64,000 nucleotides of DNA from an uncultured Burkholderiales bacterium. Lineage in GTDB: Bacteria; Pseudomonadota; Gammaproteobacteria; Burkholderiales; Burkholderiaceae_C. Position 1 is the stretch's first letter; the number at the start of each line of letters is the position of its first letter. The notes beneath the pieces were generated by a model. That model had not been told where the DNA came from and did no database searches. It worked only from the letters and a program-made list of their open reading frames with translations. Both the position numbers and the translations under genes were made by a program. Shown here one piece after another: positions 32,245-40,229 of the stretch. Location: the NCBI GenBank assembly GCA_965650765.1, contig CBFGPV010000006.1, positions 1,245 to 65,244 on the forward strand, in the 5' to 3' direction.

Positions 32245-32844
32245 ATGTCCCGGTTGTCCTCCCCGAATGCGCAGTGGCTTGGCTGGCGTGGCATGGCCCA
32301 GGCCGCCGTGCTCGTGACGGCCGTGCTGGGCAGTGCCAGCGTGGCGCGGGCCGAGGTGGTGGGGGCCCATGTTGCGCAAGCTGCGGTGTCGCGCGGCGCC
32401 ATCGTCTGGGACCTGCGTGAACGCACTGACTACCTCGCCGGTCACCTGCCCGGGGCCGTGCAGGCCCGGACCGACTGGCTGGGCGATGGCTCGGCCGAGC
32501 CCGCGCTGGACGCACTGCAGCAGGCCGTCTCGGACGCCGGGATCGACCTGTCGCGGGAGGTGATCGTCTACGGCCAGCCCGGTGACGCCCGCGTGATGGC
32601 GCTGTACCGCACGCTCGAACGCGTCGCGGCCGGCAAGGTGCACTGGCTGGTGGGTGGCGTGGCCGAATGGCAGCAGGCCGGCGCGGCACTGTCACAGGAT
32701 GAGTCGCTGCGCCGCCCGGTGCCGCAGCGCCTGACGGTGCTGCGTGACGATGGCCAGGCCGGTCCGATGGCCGGTGATGCGCTGCGCCGTTCACACGTGT
32801 GGTCGCCTCGCGCCGTGGCTCGGCTCGAGGCAAGCGCGCACTGA
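32245..32844 (+). CDS. secreted rhodanese-like domain protein
   Basis: Start moved to MSRLSS (SD aggtgg). The upstream in-frame codons are rare-codon rich. Signal peptide ends ...SASVARA. Rhodanese-like segment with IVWDLRERTDYLAGHLPGAV and VIVYG. Confidence 0.7.
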   Translation: MSRLSSPNAQWLGWRGMAQAAVLVTAVLGSASVARAEVVGAHVAQAAVSRGAIVWDLRERTDYLAGHLPGAVQARTDWLGDGSAEPALDALQQAVSDAGIDLSREVIVYGQPGDARVMALYRTLERVAAGKVHWLVGGVAEWQQAGAALSQDESLRRPVPQRLTVLRDDGQAGPMAGDALRRSHVWSPRAVARLEASAH

Positions 32845-32923
32845 ACGGGCGCTGCGCCGGCGTCCGCCGGCCGGCGCACGCCAGCGGCCACAATGCGAGG
32901 TGTTCCATCCACCCCGCCTTGCC

Positions 32924-33289
32924 ATGACAACCCCCCAGATTGTCCGTTTCGATCCGCCGGCCGGTGATCCGGTCGTGGACTTCCCCCGCGAAGAACGCCG
33001 CGTGCAGGGCGCGCCGCGCCGCGAAACCTGGTCCCTGTACGAAAGCGCGCGCGGCGACCTGAGCTGCGGCATCTGGCAGTGCGAGGTCGGCAGCTGGCGC
33101 ATCGTGTTCCCGCCCGGCGAGGACGAATACTTCTTTGTGCTCGAAGGCCGCGTGCGCCTGCACGATGCCCAGGGGCGGGTCACCGAGGTCGCGGCCGGCC
33201 AGGGTGCGGTGATCCCGGCCGGTTTCGAAGGGATGTTCGAGGTGGTCGAACCGGTGCGCAAGCACTTTGTGGTGGTCACACGCGCCTGA
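32924..33289 (+). CDS. cupin domain protein (cupin_3/DUF861-like)
   Basis: 121 aa, from MTTPQIVRF. Contains GIWQCEVGSW and EYFFVLEGRVRL...IPAGFEG. Confidence 0.75.
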   Translation: MTTPQIVRFDPPAGDPVVDFPREERRVQGAPRRETWSLYESARGDLSCGIWQCEVGSWRIVFPPGEDEYFFVLEGRVRLHDAQGRVTEVAAGQGAVIPAGFEGMFEVVEPVRKHFVVVTRA

Positions 33290-33346
33290 GCGAGTGAACC
33301 CACGCCGGGGCAGCCCGCGCGGGCCTGCTCACCCTCACGCTCACCC

Positions 33347-34618
33347 TCACTGGTAGCTGCGTGCGTCCTCGATCACCTTGCCGTCATTGGGCAGGCTGCC
33401 GGGTGCCACCAGTTCAACATCGGCGCGCAGTTTGGTGACGTCGCGCACGGTGTCGGCCAGCCGCTGGCTGAGCCCTTCCGGGATGCCCGCCACCTCGACC
33501 TTCAGCGCCATGTGGTCCTGGGCCATCTCGCCGCTCACCACCAGCCGCGCCCGCTGTACCTCGGCATGCCGGCGTGTGATCTCGGCCACCTGCGCCGGGT
33601 GCACGAACATGCCGCGCACCTTGGTGGTCTGATCGGCCCGCCCCATCCAGCCCTTGATGCGGGTGTTGGTGCGCCCGGTCGGGCAGGGGCCGGCCAGCAC
33701 CGCCGACAGATCGCCGGTGCCGAAGCGGATCAGCGGGTAGTCCGGGTTCAGCGTGGTCACCACCACCTCGCCCACTTCACCGTCCGGGACCGGGTCCCCG
33801 GTGCCGGGTCGCACGATCTCGACGATCACCTGTTCATCGAGCACCAGCCCCTCACGGGCTGAGGTTTCATAGGCGATCAGGCCCAGGTCGGCGGTGGCAT
33901 AACACTGGTAGGCCGCGACCCCGCGGTCACTGAAGTACTGGCGAAGCGACGGCGGGCAGGCCTCGCCTGACACCATGGCCTTGCTCAGCGATGCCGGGGG
34001 CATGCCGTCCTCCGCCGCCTTGTCGAGCAGGATGCGCAGGAAGCTGGGCGTGCCGGCGTAGGCTGCAGGCCGCAGTTCACCGATGGCCTGCAACTGCAGC
34101 TCCGTGTTGCCCACACCACCGGGGAACACCGTGCAGCCCAGCGCCTGGGCGCCGGTTTCCATCATCGAGCCGGCCGGTGTGAGGTGGTAGCTGAAGCTGT
34201 TGTGCACCAGGTCGCCGGCACGAAAACCGGCGGCAAACATCGCGCGAGCCATGCGCCAGTAGTCGCTCGCCTCGCCCTCGGGCTCGTAGATGGGGCCGGG
34301 CGACTGGAAGACCCGGCGCGCACCGGCGCCACCGCCCATGCCACGCCAGCCGATGGCCGAGAAACCGCCGAACACGTCGGCCTGGCGTGTGGCCTTCTGC
34401 CGCTCCAGCAACTCGTGCTTGCGCGTGACCGGCAGCTTTGCCAGGGCCGCGCGGCTGGTGATCGCCAGCGCGTCGACACCGTCCAGCACGGCGGCAAACG
34501 CGGCCGTGCGGGTGCGGGCATGCTCGACCTGGGCCGGCAGGCGAGCCATCAGGGCCGCCTCGCGGGCATCGGGGCTGCGGGATTCGAGGCTGTCGTAAAG
34601 ATCCATCGAGGCGCTCAT
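33347..34618 (-). CDS. phenylacetate-CoA ligase-like adenylate-forming enzyme
   Basis: PaaK-family features with YAGTPSF, TADLGLIAYE and the RFGTGD hinge. ATG 34618 forms an ATGA overlap with the stop of the upstream 99-aa ORF. Confidence 0.85.
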   Translation of the reverse strand: MSASMDLYDSLESRSPDAREAALMARLPAQVEHARTRTAAFAAVLDGVDALAITSRAALAKLPVTRKHELLERQKATRQADVFGGFSAIGWRGMGGGAGARRVFQSPGPIYEPEGEASDYWRMARAMFAAGFRAGDLVHNSFSYHLTPAGSMMETGAQALGCTVFPGGVGNTELQLQAIGELRPAAYAGTPSFLRILLDKAAEDGMPPASLSKAMVSGEACPPSLRQYFSDRGVAAYQCYATADLGLIAYETSAREGLVLDEQVIVEIVRPGTGDPVPDGEVGEVVVTTLNPDYPLIRFGTGDLSAVLAGPCPTGRTNTRIKGWMGRADQTTKVRGMFVHPAQVAEITRRHAEVQRARLVVSGEMAQDHMALKVEVAGIPEGLSQRLADTVRDVTKLRADVELVAPGSLPNDGKVIEDARSYQ

Positions 34619-34914
34619 TCGTCGCTCCATCGGTTCAGGCGGCGCTTCACCTCGTCGATGAAGTCGCGCACGTCGGCTGCACTGCGCAGGGTGCGAAGGT
34701 CCCACTCCGGGCTGCGTGCGGGCTGGCGCACCAGGCGGGCCTGCAGGTGATCGCCCTGCGGCCCGAGTGCGAGCTGCACCACCGGCTGTCCGCGCAGCTC
34801 GAAGCCCTCGTTGCGCTCCGACAGTGCGCGCAGCTCGCGCAGGCTGCGGCGCAGCTGGACGAGGGCGTCGTCGGGCTTGAACGGGGGAAGCGCAAAGAAG
34901 TCGTCAGAGGTCAT
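34615..34914 (-). CDS. conserved-context small protein (99 aa), function unknown
   Basis: GC3-rich codons. Stop is coupled (ATGA) to the downstream ligase. No motif recognised. Confidence 0.55.
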   Translation of the reverse strand: MTSDDFFALPPFKPDDALVQLRRSLRELRALSERNEGFELRGQPVVQLALGPQGDHLQARLVRQPARSPEWDLRTLRSAADVRDFIDEVKRRLNRWSDE

Positions 34915-34973
34915 GGTCGCAGGCCGCAGTCCGATCCGGGTTCAGGAAACGTCTGATCACAGCGCAAGGGGCA

Positions 34974-35786
34974 TCAGGCCAGCCAGCGCTTGCGGCGCTT
35001 GTAGCTCTTGACGTCGCGGAAGCTCTTGCGGTCGCCGCCGCCCATGCCGAGGTAGAACTCCTTCACGTCCTCGTTCTCGGCCAGGGCCCGGGCGGCACCG
35101 TCCATCACGATGCGGCCGTTCTCGAGGATGTAGCCGTAGTCGGCATAGCGCAGCGCCATGTTGGTGTTCTGCTCGGCCAGCAGGAAGGTCACGCCTTCCT
35201 TGCTGTTGAGGTCACGCACGATCTCGAACACCTCTTCGACGATCTGCGGCGCAAGACCCATCGAAGGCTCGTCGAGCAGCACCATCTTCGGATTGGCCAT
35301 CAGCGCCCGGCCGATCGCGCACATCTGCTGTTCACCGCCCGAGGTGTAGGCGGCCTGGGAGGTGCGGCGGGTCTTGAGCCGCGGGAAGTAGTTGTAGACC
35401 TTCTCCAGCGTGGCCTGGATCGCGGCCTTGCCGTCGCGCCGGGTGTAGGCGCCGGTCATCAGGTTGTCCTCGATGCTCAGGTGGCCGAAGCAGTGCCGGC
35501 CTTCCATCACCTGGATCACGCCGCGATCGACCATCTGCGCCGTCGACAGGGCCTCGATGCGCTCGCCGCGCAGCTCGATGCTGCCCTTGGTGACCTCGCC
35601 GCGCTCGCCGGCCAGCAGGTTGCTCACCGCCCGCAGGGTGGTGGTCTTGCCTGCGCCGTTGCCGCCAAGCAGCGCCACGATGCTGCGCTCGGGTACCTGC
35701 AGGGACACGCCCTTGAGCACGAGGATCACGTGGTTGTAGATCACCTCGATGCCGTTGACGTTGAGGAGGATGTTCTGTGTCGTCAT
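34974..35786 (-). CDS. ABC transporter ATP-binding protein, LivF-like
   Basis: Start at MTTQNILLNVNG. Walker A GGNGAGKTT, signature SGGEQQM, Walker B VLLDEPS. The C-terminal basic tail is longer than in classical LivF. Confidence 0.9.
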   Translation of the reverse strand: MTTQNILLNVNGIEVIYNHVILVLKGVSLQVPERSIVALLGGNGAGKTTTLRAVSNLLAGERGEVTKGSIELRGERIEALSTAQMVDRGVIQVMEGRHCFGHLSIEDNLMTGAYTRRDGKAAIQATLEKVYNYFPRLKTRRTSQAAYTSGGEQQMCAIGRALMANPKMVLLDEPSMGLAPQIVEEVFEIVRDLNSKEGVTFLLAEQNTNMALRYADYGYILENGRIVMDGAARALAENEDVKEFYLGMGGGDRKSFRDVKSYKRRKRWLA

Positions 35787-35894
35787 GGTTCCACCTTGTG
35801 CTCGCCGCAACGCCGCACGCGACGCTGGGGCGAGGGCTCCGTGAAGGAGCCCGGCGGGGCGCTCGTGCCGCCCCGCCGCCTAAGTCTCAGACGA

Positions 35895-37223
35895 TCAGCT
35901 CTGGCACTGCTCGGGCGTGCGCGGCGTGATCTTCTTCTCGGCCGCGTACTTGGCGGCGGCCGCCTTCACCATCGGCTTGATGATGGTGTCGTCAGCCTGG
36001 TACCAGTCGGAGCTGAAGGCCCACTTGCTGCCGTCCCAGGTGTGGATGCGTGCCCAGGCCGGGCCCATGTGGTCGGTGCAGCTGGTGGACACCGGGCGCA
36101 TCACCCCGGCAAAGCCGAGTGCATCGAGCTTCTTCTGGTCGAGCGACAGGTTTTCCAGGCCCCAGCGGGTCTGCTCGCCGGTCATGACCTTGCCCTTGCC
36201 GAAACGCTCCTGGGCACGGCGCACCCCTTCGACACCCAGCATCGCGCTCATCGCGCCACGCATGTAGAGCACGCTGCCAACCTCTTCCTTCGGCCCGGTG
36301 CCCTGGCCCTTGGCATGCACCAGCTCGAGGATGTCCTTGGTGACCTTGGCATCGGGGTGCACACCGTGCTGCATGGCCAGGCCGTGATAGCCCTTGGCGC
36401 CGTCGCCCACGTCCTTGACGTCGGGTTCGGCGGCCGACCACCACACGCCGTACATCTTGTCGCGCGGGTAGCCGGTGGCGATGGCTTCCTTCAGCGCGAC
36501 CGAGTTCATCACGCCCCAGCCCCACAGGAAGACGTAGTCCGGACGGCTCTGGCGCACCTGCAGCCAGGTGGCCTTCTGTTCCACGCCGGGGTGGGTCACC
36601 GGCAGCAACTGCAGGTCGAAACCATGCATCTTGGCGCGCTCCTGCAGCAGCGGGATGGGCTCCTTGCCGTAGGGGCTGTCGTGATAGACCAGGGCGATCT
36701 TCTTGCCACGCAGCTTGTCGTAGCCGCCGTTGACCTTGGCCACGTGCTGCACCAGCACGTCGGCCGCCACCCAGTAGGTGCCGGCCAGCGGGAAGTTCCA
36801 GCCGAACACGGTGCCGTCCTGCGATTCGCTGCGGCCATAGCCGGCAGTGATGATTGGGATCTTGTCGACCGGTGCCTTGTCGGTCAGCGCAAAGGTGATG
36901 CCGGTGGACAAGGGGTGGAACACCGTGGCGCCGCCGTGCTTGCCCTTCAGACGCTCGTAGCATTCGACGCCGCGGGCGGTGTCGTAGCCGGTTTCACACT
37001 CTTCGTACAGGATCTTCACGCCGTTGATGCCGCCCTTGGCATTGACGAGCTTCAGGTAGTCGGCATAGCCGTTGGCCCAGGGTGCACCATTGGGGCCGTA
37101 GGCGCCGGTGCGATAGGGCAGTCCGGGAAAGAACTGTTCCTTGGCCTGCGCGTGTGCAGTCAGCGTGGTACCCAGGCCGGCAGCCATGAGGCATGCGGCG
37201 AGAGCGAGAGACTTCAGTTTCAT
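35895..37223 (-). CDS. ABC transporter substrate-binding protein (LivK/type-1 PBP superfamily, large 442-aa form)
   Basis: Signal peptide MKLKSLALAACLMAAGLGTTLTAHA. Periplasmic-binding fold pattern. Confidence 0.9.
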   Translation of the reverse strand: MKLKSLALAACLMAAGLGTTLTAHAQAKEQFFPGLPYRTGAYGPNGAPWANGYADYLKLVNAKGGINGVKILYEECETGYDTARGVECYERLKGKHGGATVFHPLSTGITFALTDKAPVDKIPIITAGYGRSESQDGTVFGWNFPLAGTYWVAADVLVQHVAKVNGGYDKLRGKKIALVYHDSPYGKEPIPLLQERAKMHGFDLQLLPVTHPGVEQKATWLQVRQSRPDYVFLWGWGVMNSVALKEAIATGYPRDKMYGVWWSAAEPDVKDVGDGAKGYHGLAMQHGVHPDAKVTKDILELVHAKGQGTGPKEEVGSVLYMRGAMSAMLGVEGVRRAQERFGKGKVMTGEQTRWGLENLSLDQKKLDALGFAGVMRPVSTSCTDHMGPAWARIHTWDGSKWAFSSDWYQADDTIIKPMVKAAAAKYAAEKKITPRTPEQCQS

Positions 37224-37313
37224 GTCTGCCTCCAGAGGTGGAAAGGATGCACTCTGCGGTGCGGGGGAAACGCAGCAATGGCCTGCGCGAACCGGGGTGT
37301 CATGGCCTGGTGC

Positions 37314-38390
37314 TCAGTGCGGGAAGGGCCACAGACGCAGCTTTTCCTTGCCGATCGACCACAGCCGGGCCAGCCCGTGCGGTTCGACGATCAGGAAGAA
37401 CACGATCAGCGCGCCGAAGATCATGAACACGATGTGCGAGACGGTGGCCGTGTCGATCGGCACGCCCACCGCGCTGCCCAGGGCCGGCAGGGCCTGGTCC
37501 AGGAAGATGGGCAGCAGCACGATGAAGGCCGCGCCGAAAAAGCTGCCCATCACCGACCCGAGTCCGCCGATGATGACCATGAACAGCAGGTCGAACGAGC
37601 GGTTGATGTTGAAGGCCGCCGGCTCCCAGGACCCGAGGTAGATGAAACCCCACAGCGCACCGGCCACACCGACGATGAAGGAGCTGACCGCAAACGCGGT
37701 GAGCTTGGCATAGACCGGGCGGATGCCGATCACCGCGGCGGCCACGTCCATGTCGCGGATGGCCATCCATTCGCGCCCGATCGCACTGCGCACCAGGTTC
37801 TTCACCAGCAGCGCGAACAGCACCACCACCGACAGGCAGAACAGGTACTTGGCCATCGGCGAGTCCAGCGGGATGCCGAAGGCCTTGAGATTGCCCACCG
37901 AAACCGAACCGGAGGCCGAGTCGTTGGTGATCCACTTGATGCGCAGCGTGGCCCAGTCGACGAAAAACTGCGCTGCCAGTGTGGCCACCGCCAGGTACAG
38001 GCCCTTGATGCGCAGCGAGGGGATGCCGAAGAACACCCCCACGACGGTGGCGCAGGCGCCGCCCACCAGCAGGGCCACCACCAGCGGCATGCCGTCGAAG
38101 CGCACGAAGCAGTTGTAGGCCGCATAGGCGCCCACGGCCATGAAGGCGCCGGTGCCCAGCGAGATCTGCCCGCAGTAGCCCACCAGCACGTTCAGGCCGA
38201 GTGCGGCCAGCGCCAGGATCAGGAAGGGGATCAGGATGGCGCGGAACACATATTCGTCAGCCACCAGCGGCACGCCGACAAAGGCCACCAGCAGGATCAG
38301 GCCGATGGCGATGCGGTCCTGCAGGATCGGGAAGATCTGCTGGTCGGAGCGATAGGCCGTCTTGAACTGGCCGTTTTCGCGGTAGAGCAT
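37314..38390 (-). CDS. branched-chain-type ABC transporter permease, LivM-like
   Basis: 358 aa, multi-TM. Contains GYCGQISLGTGAFMAVGAY. Confidence 0.9.
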   Translation of the reverse strand: MLYRENGQFKTAYRSDQQIFPILQDRIAIGLILLVAFVGVPLVADEYVFRAILIPFLILALAALGLNVLVGYCGQISLGTGAFMAVGAYAAYNCFVRFDGMPLVVALLVGGACATVVGVFFGIPSLRIKGLYLAVATLAAQFFVDWATLRIKWITNDSASGSVSVGNLKAFGIPLDSPMAKYLFCLSVVVLFALLVKNLVRSAIGREWMAIRDMDVAAAVIGIRPVYAKLTAFAVSSFIVGVAGALWGFIYLGSWEPAAFNINRSFDLLFMVIIGGLGSVMGSFFGAAFIVLLPIFLDQALPALGSAVGVPIDTATVSHIVFMIFGALIVFFLIVEPHGLARLWSIGKEKLRLWPFPH

Positions 38391-38411
38391 GTCGTACTCC
38401 TTCTTGTGCGC

Positions 38412-39341
38412 TCAGACGCGATCGATGATCTTTTCGCCGAACAGGCCCTGCGGCCGGATCAGCAGGAAGACCAGCGCGAGTGCATAGGCAAACCAGATCT
38501 CGATGCCGCCACCGAGCATCGGGCCGATGTAGATCTCGGACAGCTTCTCGCCCACACCGATGATCAGCCCGCCGATGATGGCGCCCGGCACCGAGGTCAG
38601 CCCGCCCAGGATCACCACCGGCAGGGCCTTCAGGGCCACCAGCGACAGCGAGAACTGCACGCCCAGCTTGGAGCCCCAGATCACGCCGGCCACCAGTGCG
38701 ACGAACCCGGCCACCGACCACACGATCACCCAGATGCGGTTGAGCGGAATGCCGATCGACTGCGCGGCCTGGTGGTCGTCGGCCACCGCCCGCAGGGCCC
38801 GGCCGGTCGAGGTCTTCTGGAAGAACAGTGCCAGCGCCCCCACCAGGGCTGCGGCCACGACCGCGGCGAGCATGTCCTCCTGGCTGAGCAGCACACCACC
38901 CTCGAACACCGACTCGAACAGGAACAGCGGCTCCTTGGGCATGCCCACGTCGATCTTGTAGATGTCCGAGCCGAACAGCGTCTGGCCGAAGCCGTCGAGG
39001 AAGTAGGTGATGCCCAGCGTGGCCATCAAGAGCGTGATGCCTTCCTGGTTGACCAGCTTGCCCAGCACCAGGCGCTCGATCAGCCAGGCGCAGGCCACCA
39101 TCACCAGCATGGCCAGCCCGAAGGCGACCACGTTGGCGAACAGGCGGCTCTCGATGCCGGTCCACTGCGGGATCCACTCCGAGAAGCGCGCCATCGCCAG
39201 CGCGGCGAACAGCACCATCGCGCCCTGGGCAAAGTTGAACACGCCGCTGGCCTTGAAGATCAGCACGAAGCCGAGGGCGATCAGCGAATACAGCATGCCT
39301 GCCATCAGGCCGCCGAACAGGGTTTCGATGAAAAATGCCAT
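38412..39341 (-). CDS. branched-chain-type ABC transporter permease, LivH-like
   Basis: 309 aa. Contains YSLIALGFVLIFKASGVFNFAQG. Confidence 0.9.
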   Translation of the reverse strand: MAFFIETLFGGLMAGMLYSLIALGFVLIFKASGVFNFAQGAMVLFAALAMARFSEWIPQWTGIESRLFANVVAFGLAMLVMVACAWLIERLVLGKLVNQEGITLLMATLGITYFLDGFGQTLFGSDIYKIDVGMPKEPLFLFESVFEGGVLLSQEDMLAAVVAAALVGALALFFQKTSTGRALRAVADDHQAAQSIGIPLNRIWVIVWSVAGFVALVAGVIWGSKLGVQFSLSLVALKALPVVILGGLTSVPGAIIGGLIIGVGEKLSEIYIGPMLGGGIEIWFAYALALVFLLIRPQGLFGEKIIDRV

Positions 39342-39350
39342 GGCCGGTCC

Positions 39351-40229
39351 TCAGTGGCTGGTGCCCAGGTAGGCGCGGATCACATCGGGGTTGTTGCGCA
39401 CCTCGTCGGGCGTGCCGTCGCCGATCTTCTTGCCGTAGTCCAGCACCACCACGCGGTCGCTGATGTCCATCACCACGCCCATGTCGTGCTCGATGAGCAC
39501 GATGGTGGTGCCGAACTCGTCGTTCACATCGAGGATGAAGCGGCACATGTCCTGCTTCTCCTCGACGTTCATGCCGGCCATCGGTTCGTCCAGCAGCAGC
39601 ACCTGCGGCTCCATCGCCAGCGCCCGGCCCAGGTCGACGCGCTTTTGCAGGCCGTAGGGCAGGCGACCCACCGGGGTCTTGCGATAGGCCTGGATCTCCA
39701 GGAAGTCGATGATGCGTTCGACAAAGGCGCGGTGAGCCATCTCCTCGCGCTCGGCCGGGCCGATGCGCAGCGCCTGCAGGAAGAGGTTGCTCTTCATGCG
39801 CAGGTTGCGCCCGGTCATGATGTTGTCCAGCACGCTCATGCCCTTGAAGAGCGCAAGGTTCTGGAAGGTCCGCGCCACGCCCATCTCGGCCACCTGGCGG
39901 GAATTCATGTGCTTGAAGGTCTTGCCGCGAAAGGTGATCGACCCCTGCTGCGGCGTGTACACGCCGTTGATGCAGTTGAGCATCGAGCTCTTGCCGGCAC
40001 CGTTGGGGCCGATGATGGCGCGGATCTCGTGTTCGCGCACATTGAAGCTGATGTCGGTCAGTGCCTTCACGCCGCCGAAGGACAGCGAGATGTTCTGCAC
40101 GTCCAGCACGACATTGCCGATCTTGCGCTCGGTGCCGAGCGAGCTGTCGTCGCCCGCGCCCGGCAGGGCGGTCGGGCCATTGGCGGCGGCGGGCATCGAG
40201 GCCGCCCTCAGGACAGTGGCTGCACTCAT
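39351..40229 (-). CDS. ABC transporter ATP-binding protein, LivG-like
   Basis: Walker A GPNGAGKSS, Walker B LLLDEPMAG. N-terminal extension of about 35 aa. The ATG overlaps the upstream ligase stop (TGATG). Confidence 0.9.
   Translation of the reverse strand: MSAATVLRAASMPAAANGPTALPGAGDDSSLGTERKIGNVVLDVQNISLSFGGVKALTDISFNVREHEIRAIIGPNGAGKSSMLNCINGVYTPQQGSITFRGKTFKHMNSRQVAEMGVARTFQNLALFKGMSVLDNIMTGRNLRMKSNLFLQALRIGPAEREEMAHRAFVERIIDFLEIQAYRKTPVGRLPYGLQKRVDLGRALAMEPQVLLLDEPMAGMNVEEKQDMCRFILDVNDEFGTTIVLIEHDMGVVMDISDRVVVLDYGKKIGDGTPDEVRNNPDVIRAYLGTSH

Noticed and set aside
33325-33347. Direct repeat ctcaccctcac x2 downstream of the cupin gene
   Set aside because: It is very short and sits in the convergent terminator region next to an imperfect GC hairpin. 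There are no further copies or features to suggest function.
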